Assembly: GCA_964515905.1 (NCBI GenBank)
Contig: CAZEWK010000072.1
Location: forward strand, 3,675-67,674
Direction of reading: 5' to 3'
Origin: an uncultured Rhodospirillaceae bacterium
GTDB taxonomy: Bacteria > Pseudomonadota > Alphaproteobacteria > UBA7887
Length of the DNA stretch: 64,000 bases
The position numbers were made by a program, and so were the translations under genes. A model generated the notes under the pieces. The model was given only the letters and a program-made list of their open reading frames with translations. It ran no database searches and had not been told where the DNA came from. How positions within the stretch are numbered: position 1 is the stretch's first letter; every line of letters begins with the position of its first letter. Positions 23,641 to 35,102 of the stretch are shown here, one piece after another.

Positions 23641-23901
23641 CTATCTTTCCTTCAACAGTGGTTCTAGTTCCCCGGACTCATCAAGCGCTACCAGTTCATC
23701 CGAACCCCCTACATGCAGTTCTCCAATGAATATCTGAGGTACACTCGTCAATCCACCAGAACGCTCAATCATTTCTAAACGACGTTCCGGCTCCCTTATC
23801 ACATCAACCTCGTTGTACTCGACACCCCTAATATCGAGCAATCTTTTTGCTCGCCAACAAAACGGGCAAAGGTCCGTCACGTAGATAGTTACTTTTTCCA
23901 T
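23641..23901 (-). CDS. grxC: Glutaredoxin 3
   Basis: CPFC active site. GGxdD (GGSDEL) glutathione-binding region. 86 aa. Confidence 0.9.
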   Translation of the reverse strand: MEKVTIYVTDLCPFCWRAKRLLDIRGVEYNEVDVIREPERRLEMIERSGGLTSVPQIFIGELHVGGSDELVALDESGELEPLLKER

Positions 23902-24159
23902 TTAAACCCGCCTACAACCATTCTCTAGTCTTCACTCTAACACGGTAACAATTAACGTTACCAATATCTCTTCTAATAGCCAATCAATGTGTTGCTATTT
24001 AGATTCTCAAAAGTCAACAAAACTACTTGGGATGCCAATCTATGTGGCATAGGACCCAACTATCCACTAAATTACATGTTCTATTAACAATTTCCGGGCA
24101 AAACGCTTACATATTTCACCGGTATCCATGTCTTAGCGCAAATCCCACCCAAAGGTTAA

Positions 24160-25074
24160 TTGGTCAAAAGAAACATGAAAAATTCGAACATTGATATTTT
24201 TGATCGGAAAGCGCTGCAGCAACACCGAGACCGGGCTGCCAGCAACTTTAGAGAACACGATTTTCTTTTTCGCAGGATTAATGTGCAACTCTCCGAAAGA
24301 CTGGAGATCATTAAGAAACAGTTCAATTCAGCCTTGGACCTTGGCTGTCACACGGGGCAACTTGGCAAAGTTGTATCTCGCCGTAATAAAATACAAAACA
24401 TTGTATACTGCGATATCTCATGTGAGATGGCACGGTCCTGCCCAATGCCGAGACTAGTAGCAGACGAAGAAGAGATGCCATTCAAGGATAACAGTTTTGA
24501 TGTGGTAATAAGTTCTCTGTCTTTACATTGGGTGAATAACCTTCCAGCAGCCCTTTTAGAAATAGCACGGTGTTTAAAACCAGACGGTCTCTTCCTTGCC
24601 GCCATGTTTGGCGAAAAAACTTTACTGGAACTTCGTAGAAGCCTAATTGCCTCGGAAAGCGCCAATAGCAAGCATGTGTACTCACGGGTATCGCCATTTA
24701 CTACTATGAGGGACGTTGGCAACCTACTGTTGAGAGCAAACTATGCGCTGCCTGTCGTGGACAGAGATAACATCAACGTTGCCTATCCCAATGCTCGTGC
24801 GCTCATGGCTGAACTACGGGGAATGGGAGAAACTAATTCTATGCGCGAACGCCCCCGCCATTTTACTAAACCGAGCATTCTAAATGCGACACAGACCCAT
24901 TACCAAAAAGAGAAAGGGAAATTGTGTAACCAAATTCTGGCAGAGTTTGAGATCATTTACTTAACCGCGTGGAAAAGCCATCACAAACAGCCTCAGCCAT
25001 TATCGCGTGGAAGCGGAAAGGTCCCGCTCATAGAAGCACTAGGTGTGAAAGGTACCAAATTATTTAAACAATAG
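24160..25074 (+). CDS. SAM-dependent methyltransferase (Methyltransf_11-like)
   Basis: Motif I LDLGCHTGQL. Post-I acidic residue. Motif II FDVVISSLSLHW. Motif III LKPDGLF. Confidence 0.7.
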   Translation: MVKRNMKNSNIDIFDRKALQQHRDRAASNFREHDFLFRRINVQLSERLEIIKKQFNSALDLGCHTGQLGKVVSRRNKIQNIVYCDISCEMARSCPMPRLVADEEEMPFKDNSFDVVISSLSLHWVNNLPAALLEIARCLKPDGLFLAAMFGEKTLLELRRSLIASESANSKHVYSRVSPFTTMRDVGNLLLRANYALPVVDRDNINVAYPNARALMAELRGMGETNSMRERPRHFTKPSILNATQTHYQKEKGKLCNQILAEFEIIYLTAWKSHHKQPQPLSRGSGKVPLIEALGVKGTKLFKQ

Positions 25075-26050
25075 TGCGAACAGGGCCGGACAAAAGAAAT
25101 GTTTTTAAATCCTCAATCAAAATAGTGTCCGCTTCTGGCACACCAAATTGTGTCAAATCTTTTGCGGGAACCCATTTAATCTCTTGGTGGCTAATAGCCC
25201 TACACGAACCTGACCAACTACGGCAAACGAATAATGACATTAAAAGGTGAAAATTGGTATAGCGATAAGACACGAACCCAAATGGTCTCAAGTCGTTCTG
25301 GCCGACAACAACCCCTAATTCCTCGTATATTTCTCGGATCGCAGCCTGCGCTGCCGTTTCACCAGGATCCAACTTCCCACCTGGAAACTCCCAAAGCCCC
25401 GCCATTGACGCACCTATTCGACGTTGACCCAGCAAAACTCGATCGTCTTTATCCACAAGAGCCACTGAGCTCACAATAACCAGAGGCAAACTACCTGAAA
25501 GATTGGTCTGGGACTTGTCACTATCTTTTATATGATAGACCTGTGTGTGAACATTTTTTTTTGCTGGGCTGTTACTCCCATAACCTTCGTCACAAGTGAA
25601 TCCTGCCTCTTCCAATATTTGGTGAGCCTTCAAAGAAGGAGCCTCAACCTCTGCATACACATACTGCAAGTGCAAAGCCCGTAATCCAAGATCTATGAGT
25701 CGTTGCAGAGCTTCTACCTCATAGCCGTTCGCCTCAAAGTTTTTTGAGAAACAGAAACCCACCTTTCCAGCAAATTGGGCCACTTCTAGGCTAACCAACC
25801 CAATAAGCCTGTCAGCATCAGACAACCAACATCCAAATACGTATTTAGTACCTATGATCAACTCATCGCGACATCCTATAATCCAGTCGGATAAGGAAAG
25901 TCTCTGGGGTCCGAATAGTCCGGGCACTTCCCCCACACAAATGCTAAAATCACACCATAAATTGTGAAGATCTTTAGAGTCGCCCGTGTTAAAATAGCGT
26001 AAGCATAATCTGTCGGTCTGAATAACTGCAAACTGCATCGGAGCTCTCAA
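25064..26050 (-). CDS. Fusion protein: N-terminal GNAT acetyltransferase-like domain plus C-terminal MutT/Nudix hydrolase
   Basis: N-terminus RLCLRYFNTGD...NGYEVEALQRLIDLG (GNAT motif A-like). C-terminus carries the Nudix box GKLDPGETAAQAAIREIYEELGV. One uninterrupted 328-aa frame. Confidence 0.7.
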   Translation of the reverse strand: MRAPMQFAVIQTDRLCLRYFNTGDSKDLHNLWCDFSICVGEVPGLFGPQRLSLSDWIIGCRDELIIGTKYVFGCWLSDADRLIGLVSLEVAQFAGKVGFCFSKNFEANGYEVEALQRLIDLGLRALHLQYVYAEVEAPSLKAHQILEEAGFTCDEGYGSNSPAKKNVHTQVYHIKDSDKSQTNLSGSLPLVIVSSVALVDKDDRVLLGQRRIGASMAGLWEFPGGKLDPGETAAQAAIREIYEELGVVVGQNDLRPFGFVSYRYTNFHLLMSLFVCRSWSGSCRAISHQEIKWVPAKDLTQFGVPEADTILIEDLKTFLLSGPVRTIV

Positions 26051-27276
26051 CTTCTGTAATCACCATTGATGGTGACATAATCATGGGTCAAATCACAGGT
26101 CCAAACAGTTGCGTTTCCGTTTCCAATTCCCATTTTCACACTGATTTCAATGTTGGGCTGCCTCATATATCTAGCTACTGGCCGTTCATCGTATCCTGGC
26201 AACAAATCTCCATTTCGTGTAATCGGAAATTCTCCAATACAAATTTCGAGTTTATCTGGATCAATGCACTGGCCAGCTTTACCCACTGCCATGAGTATCC
26301 TCCCCCAATTAGGATCTGAACCAGCCATCGCCGTTTTTACGAGGGGGGAGTTTGCTATTGAAAATGCAATCTGGCGAGCGGCACCAGTGTTTTCAGCTCC
26401 TTTCACAGAAATTGTTATAAACTTACTTGCTCCCTCTCCGTCTCTCACTATCTGCTGAGCAAGGTCCACCAGTAGCGAGTCCAATGCCTTTCTGAATTCT
26501 ACAAGATCCGGACTTTGGATAGAGTGTATTCCAGCACCTAACGGTACTGCCCCCGTCGCGAAAGCTAGAACCGTGTCACTGGTTGAGGTATCACCATCTA
26601 CGGTTATCGAATTAAAACTTTTTTTGTTTGCAGCAACCAGCATTCGCTGGAACAAATTTCTAGGAATGTCCGCATCTGTAAATATATAAGCCAGCATAGT
26701 ACCCATATTGGGAGCGATCATCCCGGACCCCTTAGCAATTCCATTAATCCGTATGATTTGACCATTGACCTCGATTGATCGGCTCGCACCTTTCGGGAAG
26801 GTATCTGTAGTCATTATTGCTCTTGCAGCCTCTGACCATCTTTTTGGACTAGCCCGTTTGTGCAGGGATGGCAGCTTCCGCATTATTTTTTGATGGTCCA
26901 AAAGTTCCCCAATCACACCTGTTGAAGACACAAACACCTGCGACATTGGACAACCCACAATTTTGGCTGTCGTTCGCACCGTTTGCTGTACCGCCTCAGC
27001 ACCAGCCTTGCCAGTCCAAGCGTTTGCGTTCCCTGAATTAACGACAAGCGCCCTACCCTTACCGTGTGAAATTATTGATTGGTCCCATTTGACTGCCGCA
27101 GAAGGGGTAGCAGAACGCGTGAACACCCCGGCCACAACCACTGGCCGGTCGAATACAGCCAGCATCAGATCCTTACGAGCAGCATATTTAATACCCGCCG
27201 TGGCTGCCCCGAGTCTAACACCTGAGATTGGCAAAAGCCTAGGAAACCGGTTGGAACCCTCCGCAATTTTCGACAT
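26047..27276 (-). CDS. argJ: Bifunctional glutamate N-acetyltransferase / amino-acid acetyltransferase
   Basis: ATTGIKYAARKDL. Autoproteolytic Thr region (SATMLAYIFTDA). Signature TVDGDTSTSDTV. 409 aa. Confidence 0.95.
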   Translation of the reverse strand: MSKIAEGSNRFPRLLPISGVRLGAATAGIKYAARKDLMLAVFDRPVVVAGVFTRSATPSAAVKWDQSIISHGKGRALVVNSGNANAWTGKAGAEAVQQTVRTTAKIVGCPMSQVFVSSTGVIGELLDHQKIMRKLPSLHKRASPKRWSEAARAIMTTDTFPKGASRSIEVNGQIIRINGIAKGSGMIAPNMGTMLAYIFTDADIPRNLFQRMLVAANKKSFNSITVDGDTSTSDTVLAFATGAVPLGAGIHSIQSPDLVEFRKALDSLLVDLAQQIVRDGEGASKFITISVKGAENTGAARQIAFSIANSPLVKTAMAGSDPNWGRILMAVGKAGQCIDPDKLEICIGEFPITRNGDLLPGYDERPVARYMRQPNIEISVKMGIGNGNATVWTCDLTHDYVTINGDYRS

Positions 27277-27459
27277 AATATCCGACTCAAAAAAAGTAAA
27301 TTAAACGATCATAGGGTAATTTTCTTTTAAATTTGGCACACGAGCAGACCGTACACAAGCAGATGAATCAGTCCATGCGTTGACACAACCGTTATAGGTG
27401 CTTATGTGAGGTGTACTACCTTATACCGGTTTGAGACGTGCCGGATGAAGAGGATAGCA

Positions 27460-30135
27460 ATGATCTCTGCCTTAGCCCGGCGCGTTTTTGGCTCAGCCAA
27501 TGACCGCCTTATAAAGTCGTATCTTCGAACGGTAAACCAGATTAATGATCTGGAACCTCAACTGGAAAAGCTGTCTGACGAGGATTTGCGTGCTCGAACG
27601 GATTGGTTACGTTCACGAGCAAAACAGGGGGAGGAGCTTGACGCACTCTTAATGGAGGCTTTTGCGACTGTTAGAGAAGGAGCAAAACGTACCTTAAACC
27701 AACGACACTTCGATGTGCAGTTGATTGGCGGAATGGTCTTACATAACGGCACAATCGCGGAAATGAAGACAGGCGAAGGGAAAACACTAGTAGCAACTTT
27801 GCCAGTGTATCTTAATGCTTTGATAGGTAAGGGCGTCCACGTAGTCACGGTCAACGATTACCTAGCACAACGAGATGCGGCCTGGATGGGTCAGATATAT
27901 GAGTTCCTTGGTTTAAAAGTTGGGTGCATTATTGGGGGATTAAGTGATGAAGATCGACGTACCGCTTATTCGGCAGATGTCACCTACGGGACTAACAATG
28001 AATTTGGATTTGATTATCTGCGCGACAATATGAAATTTACCCTAGATGCCATGGTACAACGTCCCTTCAGTTTCGCTATTGTAGATGAAGTTGATAGTAT
28101 CCTCGTAGATGAAGCAAGAACCCCTCTTATTATTTCGGGGCCCACAGAAGATAATTCAGCTCTCTATACTTCGATGGACCAGATAATGCCGAAACTGGAC
28201 CCCACTGACTATGAAAAGGATGAAAAAGCTCGTGCGGTTACTCTAACGGAGAGTGGAGCTGAGAAGGTGGAGGAAGTTTTGCGTGAGCAAAATCTCATCA
28301 AAACACCGGACCTCTATGACATAGACAACGTCAGCATTGTCCACCATATCAATCAGGCACTGCGAGCACACAAGCTGTTTACTCGAGATACTGACTACAT
28401 TGTTAAAGATAACAAGGTCATTATCATTGATGAATTTACTGGCAGAATGATGGAAGGCCGGCGTTATTCAGATGGATTGCACCAAGCGCTCGAGGCCAAA
28501 GAGCGGGTAGAGATCCAAAACGAGAACCAGACCTTAGCTTCTATTACTTTTCAGAATTATTTTCGTATGTACCCTAAACTTGCAGGAATGACAGGTACAG
28601 CAGCGACCGAGGCCTCTGAATTTAGTGAAATATACAATTTAGATGTGGTAGATATTCCGACCCATCTCTCTATGGTACGCCTCGACAATGACGACGAAAT
28701 TTACCGAACAACTGAGGAAAAGTGGAAGGCCGTAATAGCGCAAATTAATGATTGTTGTAAAAAAGGCCAACCGGTTTTAGTCGGTACTACAAGTATTGAT
28801 AAGTCTGAGGATTTATCCAAACGGCTCAAAAAAGCTAACATAAAACATAATGTTTTAAACGCTAGATATCACGAGCAAGAAGCAAAAATAATTGCGCAAG
28901 CCGGCATCCCTGGGGCGGTTACAATTGCTACCAACATGGCAGGAAGAGGAACTGATATTCAACTTGGGGGCAACGCAGAAATGCAGTTGCCTCAATCGAA
29001 ACACGGCAAGAATACTGCTGTTAGTAATACGGATCCCGCGACAGAAATAGTGTCGAAGATTGATGCAGCCCATAACCAGGTTTTAGATGCAGGAGGTCTT
29101 TACGTCATTGGCACTGAGCGCCATGAAAGCCGGCGTATCGACAACCAATTGCGTGGTCGATCAGGGCGCCAAGGTGATCCTGGGGAATCAAAGTTCTATC
29201 TTTCTCTCGAAGATGACCTGATGAGAATATTTGGTTCAGAAAGAATGGACACCATGTTAAGAAAATTAGGGTTGAAAGAAGGTGAAGCCATCTTTCACCC
29301 GTGGATTAATAAGGCGCTCCAAAAAGCACAGCAGAAAGTTGAAGCTCGTAATTTTGACATTCGGAAAAACTTGCTTCGCTTTGACGACGTAATGAACGAT
29401 CAGCGCAAAGTAGTGTATCAAGAGCGCCTGGAAATAATGGACAGTAGCGATATTTCGGATGTAGTAAATGACATGCGAAGAGAAGTGATCGAAGAACTAG
29501 TAGAACGCCACATCCCTGAAAAGGCATATGCAGAACAATGGGAAACAGCGGCCCTCACGGTAGAATGTCAAAGGCTATTTGCTCTTGAACTGCCCATCGA
29601 TGATTGGGCCAAAGAAGAGGGCATGGCTGAATCGGAAATTGAGGCACGCATTACCGACGCCGTTGAACGAAAAATGGCGGAGAAGGTAGCCCGCCACGGC
29701 CCCGAATTGATGCGGGCTGCTGAAAAAAGCCTTGTTTTACAAATACTTGATCAGCAATGGAAAGACCATCTCTTAAACCTTGACCACTTGCGGCAGGGGA
29801 TTGGTTTGCGTGCGTATGCTCAGCGTGATCCACTCAACGAGTACAAGACCGAAGCATTCAATTTATTCCAAACAATGCTAGCCCGTTTTCGCGAAACCGT
29901 TACTACATTGCTATCGCATGTAGAATTTCATCCGGACCCAGTTGGAGCGGCGGCTGGCCAAGACAAACGAACCGTTAATAAACCGCGCCATTCAACTAAC
30001 CCGCCTACGCATCCAATTAATAAAAATAGTCGCAACCCCGCGGATCCTTCTACGTGGGGGAAAGTTGGAAGAAATTCACCTTGCCCCTGTGGATCTGGTA
30101 AAAAATACAAGCACTGTCACGGCTCCGTTGCATAA
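27460..30135 (+). CDS. secA: Preprotein translocase ATPase SecA
   Basis: N-terminus [16 protein letters not shown]-like motor with MKTGEGKT. C-terminal zinc motif [14 protein letters not shown]. Start placed at the internal Met; the ORF opens at 27406. Confidence 0.97.
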   Translation: MISALARRVFGSANDRLIKSYLRTVNQINDLEPQLEKLSDEDLRARTDWLRSRAKQGEELDALLMEAFATVREGAKRTLNQRHFDVQLIGGMVLHNGTIAEMKTGEGKTLVATLPVYLNALIGKGVHVVTVNDYLAQRDAAWMGQIYEFLGLKVGCIIGGLSDEDRRTAYSADVTYGTNNEFGFDYLRDNMKFTLDAMVQRPFSFAIVDEVDSILVDEARTPLIISGPTEDNSALYTSMDQIMPKLDPTDYEKDEKARAVTLTESGAEKVEEVLREQNLIKTPDLYDIDNVSIVHHINQALRAHKLFTRDTDYIVKDNKVIIIDEFTGRMMEGRRYSDGLHQALEAKERVEIQNENQTLASITFQNYFRMYPKLAGMTGTAATEASEFSEIYNLDVVDIPTHLSMVRLDNDDEIYRTTEEKWKAVIAQINDCCKKGQPVLVGTTSIDKSEDLSKRLKKANIKHNVLNARYHEQEAKIIAQAGIPGAVTIATNMAGRGTDIQLGGNAEMQLPQSKHGKNTAVSNTDPATEIVSKIDAAHNQVLDAGGLYVIGTERHESRRIDNQLRGRSGRQGDPGESKFYLSLEDDLMRIFGSERMDTMLRKLGLKEGEAIFHPWINKALQKAQQKVEARNFDIRKNLLRFDDVMNDQRKVVYQERLEIMDSSDISDVVNDMRREVIEELVERHIPEKAYAEQWETAALTVECQRLFALELPIDDWAKEEGMAESEIEARITDAVERKMAEKVARHGPELMRAAEKSLVLQILDQQWKDHLLNLDHLRQGIGLRAYAQRDPLNEYKTEAFNLFQTMLARFRETVTTLLSHVEFHPDPVGAAAGQDKRTVNKPRHSTNPPTHPINKNSRNPADPSTWGKVGRNSPCPCGSGKKYKHCHGSVA

Positions 30136-30185
30136 GGTATAGATGCCAGGGCAGCTTGGAGTGAGTCCGAGTTCTTGCTAATTAG

Positions 30186-31283
30186 CTAAACGTTGAACCG
30201 GAAAAGTATTACATCGCCATCCTTAACCACATAATCCCGTCCTTCTTGTCTCAGTTTCCCTTGCTCCCGGCATAGTGCCTCGCCACCAAATGACACATAG
30301 TCGTCAAAAGAAATTGTTTCTGCTCTGATAAAACCCCTAGCGAAATCGCTATGTATTTTACCAGCCGCCTCTTCCGCGTGCGATCCAGATTTTAATGTCC
30401 AAGCACGTGCTTCCTTAGGTCCCGCTGTAAAATATGTTATTAAGTTAAGTAACGAATATCCCGCATTTATGACACGTGAAAGCCCAGATTCTGCCAGTCC
30501 TACAGTCCCTAAAAACTCCTTACGCTCGTCACTGTCATCGATAGACGCTATTTCTGCCTCTATCCGGGCGGAAACGGCCACACACTCCGCTCCTAATCCC
30601 TGCGCATGTATCTGCAAAGCGCCCGAGAACTCATTGCCATTTGTAATTGCTTCTTCATCTATATTACAAATGTACATCACGGGTTTTGCAGATAAGAGCT
30701 CTAACTCCGCTATTGTTGAAGACAAAGCGTCAGGTGGTTTTACCAAACGAGCCGGCCTTCCTTCATCAAGGTTACTTTCTACGAAAGAAATTGCTTCGAT
30801 AACGTCTCCAGCTTTTTTGTCGCCACCCCGATTTTTACGAGTTAAGGACTCGCGACGCCGCTGTAAACTTTCTAAATCCGCCAAGATCAGTTCCGCCTCA
30901 ACAACTTGCACATCGGATATTGGGTCGATGGCGCCCTCACTATGACTAACTTCATCACCCCCAAAACATCGCACCACGTGCGCAATTGCATCTACACCCC
31001 TGATTTGACCAAGAAACTGATTCCCCAAACCCTCACCAGCACTCGCACCGCGCACTAACCCAGCGATATCGATGAACTCTAGAGTCGTTGGAACTACTGA
31101 TTTCGCGTTTGTTAACAAAGCAATTTGATCTAATCTGGAATCTGGCACTGGGACGCGGCCTACATTTGGCTCTATAGTGCAAAAAGGATAGTTGGCAGCC
31201 TCGACCGCAGCGCTGGTTAGTGCATTAAATAATGTGGATTTCCCAACATTGGGTAGACCGACTATGCCGCAGTTGAAACCCAT
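30186..31283 (-). CDS. ychF: Ribosome-binding ATPase YchF (Obg family)
   Basis: G1 motif GIVGLPNVGKSTLFNALT. C-terminal TGS domain. 365 aa. Confidence 0.95.
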   Translation of the reverse strand: MGFNCGIVGLPNVGKSTLFNALTSAAVEAANYPFCTIEPNVGRVPVPDSRLDQIALLTNAKSVVPTTLEFIDIAGLVRGASAGEGLGNQFLGQIRGVDAIAHVVRCFGGDEVSHSEGAIDPISDVQVVEAELILADLESLQRRRESLTRKNRGGDKKAGDVIEAISFVESNLDEGRPARLVKPPDALSSTIAELELLSAKPVMYICNIDEEAITNGNEFSGALQIHAQGLGAECVAVSARIEAEIASIDDSDERKEFLGTVGLAESGLSRVINAGYSLLNLITYFTAGPKEARAWTLKSGSHAEEAAGKIHSDFARGFIRAETISFDDYVSFGGEALCREQGKLRQEGRDYVVKDGDVILFRFNV

Positions 31284-31328
31284 CTAACTATCATTCCTGA
31301 CTAATCGCTTGTCGAAGTTTTTTTGAGA

Positions 31329-31919
31329 TTAAGATTTGCCATTTGCTAATTTTCGTAAATTACTGACTTTGTTGGCAAACCCAGAATCATCTCCAATGAG
31401 AACAACCGGTAACGCTTCAGCAATCGCAGTTACCGTCTCTCTGAGCCAAAATTGATCGTCCTCTAAAAAGTCGTTCAAAACGAAGGTCGAAACCAACTCC
31501 TTACTGCCGGGATGACCTATACCTATTCTTATCCGGCGGTAATCTTTACCAATATGCCCATCTATACTTTTTAGCCCGTTGTGACCCCCTGTTCCTCCGC
31601 CAGTTTTTACGCGTATCTTACCTGGTTCCAAATCAATATCATCATGTACTACTAAGATCTGTTTTGGAGTTAATTTGAAGAACCGTAACGCTTGGCCCAC
31701 TGAACGCCCGGAGTCGTTCATAAAGGTTGCCGGTTTCAGTACCCCCACTCGGTTACCGTCAATATCACCATATGCCGTACACCCAGAAAATTGTTTTTTA
31801 TAATTCCCGAGGCCATGGAGTTGGGCTACTTTATCGACCACCATAAAACCAATATTGTGGCGGTTCCGGGCATGTTTACGTTGTATATTCCCTAGTCCGA
31901 CGATTAACTGCACAACCAA
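31329..31919 (-). CDS. pth: Peptidyl-tRNA hydrolase
   Basis: N-terminus LIVGLGNIQRKHARNRHNIGFMVVD with catalytic His. 196 aa. Confidence 0.95.
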   Translation of the reverse strand: MVVQLIVGLGNIQRKHARNRHNIGFMVVDKVAQLHGLGNYKKQFSGCTAYGDIDGNRVGVLKPATFMNDSGRSVGQALRFFKLTPKQILVVHDDIDLEPGKIRVKTGGGTGGHNGLKSIDGHIGKDYRRIRIGIGHPGSKELVSTFVLNDFLEDDQFWLRETVTAIAEALPVVLIGDDSGFANKVSNLRKLANGKS

Positions 31920-31922
31920 AGG

Positions 31923-32621
31923 CTACTTCTGATCACTTTCTTCTGTATCAGGAGTAGCATCCCCCTCTGCACCTTCAACGGCGGGACCTTCACCTTCTAG
32001 TGGTTCTCCATCCTCACCCAATTCAACTTCCTCTTCTTCCGTTTCCTCAACCATAACAGTCGGCGCAGCAACAGTTGCTATGGTAAAATCTCGGTCTGTG
32101 ATTACTGGAGTCACTCCCTCTGGCAAAGTTACCGCGCTTATTTTAACCGAATCCCCTATGTCAAGCTCTCCAATATCTGCTTCGAGTTGGGTGGGAATGG
32201 CATCAGCGCGGCAAGCCAATTCTATTGTACGGCGCACCACGTTTAATACACCGCCACGCTTTAGGCCCGGTGATTCTTCTTCATTCTGGAAGACCATTGG
32301 AACATCCACATTAACCACGCTATCCGACGTCAATCGTAAAAAGTCGATATGCAGTAAGGCATCATTAACGGGGTGTAACTGAACTTCCCGCGCAAGCACT
32401 CGGTAGTTCTCTCCGTCCACGGTTAGGGTATAGAGACGACTAAAAAAACCACTTTTCTGATGTTCTTGAATAAGGTGGGCACCTTCAACAGATATGGGGA
32501 CTGGTTTTTCTCCACCCCCATAGACTATACCCGGCACTCTCCCACTACGACGCATCGCACGTGCCGCACCCCTAGTGGTTGCCTCTCGTCGAGCAGCTTT
32601 AAATTCAGCTACATCTGCCAT
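31923..32621 (-). CDS. rplY: 50S ribosomal protein L25 / general stress protein Ctc with acidic C-terminal tail
   Basis: L25 beta-barrel N-domain. Long Glu-rich tail. Sits in the rplY-pth-ychF order. Confidence 0.9.
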   Translation of the reverse strand: MADVAEFKAARREATTRGAARAMRRSGRVPGIVYGGGEKPVPISVEGAHLIQEHQKSGFFSRLYTLTVDGENYRVLAREVQLHPVNDALLHIDFLRLTSDSVVNVDVPMVFQNEEESPGLKRGGVLNVVRRTIELACRADAIPTQLEADIGELDIGDSVKISAVTLPEGVTPVITDRDFTIATVAAPTVMVEETEEEEVELGEDGEPLEGEGPAVEGAEGDATPDTEESDQK

Positions 32622-32670
32622 CTTCGTTTACTCCTAAAAATACGTTTCCGGCCCACACCAAAAAACGATA

Positions 32671-33603
32671 CTATCTAAACAAACTCGATACTGAACTTTC
32701 TTCACTAATCCGTCGCATCGCCTCAGCAATCAAAGCAGCAATGGACAAAACACGTATATTCTGTGCAAGTCGAACTGACTGCGTTGCCTCTATACTATCG
32801 GTTAAAACCAGTTGTTCTAGCGACGAAGAAGCGACTCTCGCTACAGCCCCACCAGATAAAACCCCATGTGTTACATAAGCAAAAACGGCTGTCGCACCTG
32901 CCTCTTGAAGGGCGTTTGCAGCGTTACATACTGTGCCAGCTGAGTCGATAATATCGTCAACCAATATGCAACGCCTCCCACGAACATCTCCAATAATATT
33001 CATTACCTCAGAAACACCTGCTCGTTCCCGCCTCTTATCAACGATTGCCAAGTCCGCGTCAATCCGTTTTGCTATGGCTCGAGCTCTTACCACACCTCCT
33101 ACATCCGGTGAGACTACTATAGGCCTGTCATCTATGAAGGCCTCCCGGATATCGCTCTCCATCACCGGCGCAGAAATGAGATTGTCAACCGGGATGTCAA
33201 AAAACCCCTGTATCTGGCCGGCATGTAGATCGAGAGTAAGCACGCGGTCAGCACCCGCAGTTGTGATCAAATTAGCAACGAGCTTGGCTGAAATAGGGGT
33301 TCTTGGCCCTGGTTTCCGATCCTGTCGGGCGTAACCAAAGTACGGAATAACAGCTGTGATGCGTTTCGCTGAGGCTCTGCGCAACGCATCAAGTGTAACT
33401 AATAATTCCATTAAATTGTCATTGGCAGGAAAAGATGTCGGTTGAATCAAAAACATATCTTCACCCCGCACATTCTCTTGTATCTCCACGAATACTTCCT
33501 GGTCAGAGAACCTACGGATGGTTGCTTCTGTAAGCGGTGAATTGCAGTAAGCTGCTATCGACTCGGCTAGCGACCGATTACTATTACCTGCTACAATTTT
33601 CAT
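32671..33603 (-). CDS. prs: Ribose-phosphate pyrophosphokinase
   Basis: [14 protein letters not shown] start. PRPP-binding loop DDIIDSAGT. Start placed at MKIV; the ORF opens at 33639. Confidence 0.95.
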   Translation of the reverse strand: MKIVAGNSNRSLAESIAAYCNSPLTEATIRRFSDQEVFVEIQENVRGEDMFLIQPTSFPANDNLMELLVTLDALRRASAKRITAVIPYFGYARQDRKPGPRTPISAKLVANLITTAGADRVLTLDLHAGQIQGFFDIPVDNLISAPVMESDIREAFIDDRPIVVSPDVGGVVRARAIAKRIDADLAIVDKRRERAGVSEVMNIIGDVRGRRCILVDDIIDSAGTVCNAANALQEAGATAVFAYVTHGVLSGGAVARVASSSLEQLVLTDSIEATQSVRLAQNIRVLSIAALIAEAMRRISEESSVSSLFR

Positions 33604-33782
33604 GGTTATTTTGCCTCTGTGTGCACCGAGTTGGCGCAAGGAGAGAAATCATTTTAACAAGGTGGCCCGGTCCTGTAAACGGTTTGCAATAAACCGAACA
33701 TTGTGGTGATGTCTCTCACTCAGGTAAAAGCGATTCAATACATGGAGATCCTGAAACAAATTGTTCACCACTATGGGGGCTT

Positions 33783-35102
33783 TTAGCAGCCAAAACCTAA
33801 AGGAGGTTGCCCCACGAGGATCGCTCTAAAATCATTAACGTTTGTCCTAGTTGGGCCCGTCACTAATAAATCTTCTAGTTTAGAAAAGAAACCGTAGGCA
33901 TCATTGTTCGCCAAAAAATCCGTAGCATTAAGACCACAAGATAGTCCTCGAGCCAAGGTGTCTGGCGAAATCATTGCACCCGCATTATCCTCGCTACCAT
34001 CTATCCCATCGGTATCGCAGGCGAGGGCATATACATGCTCTACTCCCCCAAGACATATGGCAAGCGCTAATAGAAACTCAGAGTTAGGTCCACCTCGACC
34101 AGTACCACGAATTGTTACTGTAGTCTCTCCGCCTGATAATAATACACAGGGTACCGTTGCCGGCTGACCCCAACGGATAATTTGACGCACTACTGAAGCG
34201 TGAAACATTGCTACGTCCCTGCTTTCACCTTCCATAGAATCACTCAGGATTATAGGGCGCACCCCTGCCGATTCAGCCACCTTAGCCGCAGCTTCCAATG
34301 CATCTTGAGGCTTAACTATGATCCGGACGCTAGAATGCTCAAGAAACGGTGAACTTGGCTCTGGTGTTTCATCTTTTGCCGCAGCCAAATGCGCTTCAAC
34401 TGTAGGAGGTGGTTTAATCCTATACTTCAGTAGAACGTCCTTCGCATCAGAAAAAGTTGTAGGATCACCAACCGTTGGGCCAGATGCTATTACGCCTGGA
34501 TCATCTCCAGGAACGTCGGAAATAGCCAATGTTATAACCTCAGCCGGCGCCGCTTCGACTGCTAACCTGCCACCTTTTATCGCTGAAAGGTGTTTCCTTA
34601 CGCAATTTATCTCTGAGATTGTTGCTCCACTTCGGAGCAATTGATCCGTTACCATCTGTTTTTCTGCTAATGCTATACCCGTCGCCGGCAAGGTTAGTAG
34701 GGCCGAGCCACCGCCCGACACTAGACACAAGACTTGATCCTCCGAACCTAGTGGTTGGACAAGTTCAAGAATGCGACGCGCTGCGCGCAATCCCGATTCG
34801 TCTGGAATTGGATGTGCAGCTTCAACAACTTTGATTTTGTCTGTTTGTACAGAGTGGCCATAACGAGTAATAACCAATCCATCAATCGTGTCGTTGCGGC
34901 CTTCACTTTCCCACGCCTTTTCGACGGCCGCAGCCATTAGGGCTGCCGCCTTTCCAGCACCTACCACTACCGTTCTACCCGGAGGCGCCTGCGGTAGAAA
35001 ATCGCCGAGAGCACGTGCCGGAGAGGCCGACACAACTGCTGCATCAAACATGGATCGAAGGAGACGTAAGGGAGCATCTGTCATTATAGAAACCAATTCC
35101 AT
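33783..35102 (-). CDS. Glycerate kinase of the MOFRL family (glycerate 2-kinase / hydroxypyruvate reductase-like)
   Basis: 439 aa. Gly-rich nucleotide loops. MOFRL-type C-terminal domain pattern (LLSGGETTVT). Confidence 0.75.
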   Translation of the reverse strand: MELVSIMTDAPLRLLRSMFDAAVVSASPARALGDFLPQAPPGRTVVVGAGKAAALMAAAVEKAWESEGRNDTIDGLVITRYGHSVQTDKIKVVEAAHPIPDESGLRAARRILELVQPLGSEDQVLCLVSGGGSALLTLPATGIALAEKQMVTDQLLRSGATISEINCVRKHLSAIKGGRLAVEAAPAEVITLAISDVPGDDPGVIASGPTVGDPTTFSDAKDVLLKYRIKPPPTVEAHLAAAKDETPEPSSPFLEHSSVRIIVKPQDALEAAAKVAESAGVRPIILSDSMEGESRDVAMFHASVVRQIIRWGQPATVPCVLLSGGETTVTIRGTGRGGPNSEFLLALAICLGGVEHVYALACDTDGIDGSEDNAGAMISPDTLARGLSCGLNATDFLANNDAYGFFSKLEDLLVTGPTRTNVNDFRAILVGQPPLGFGC

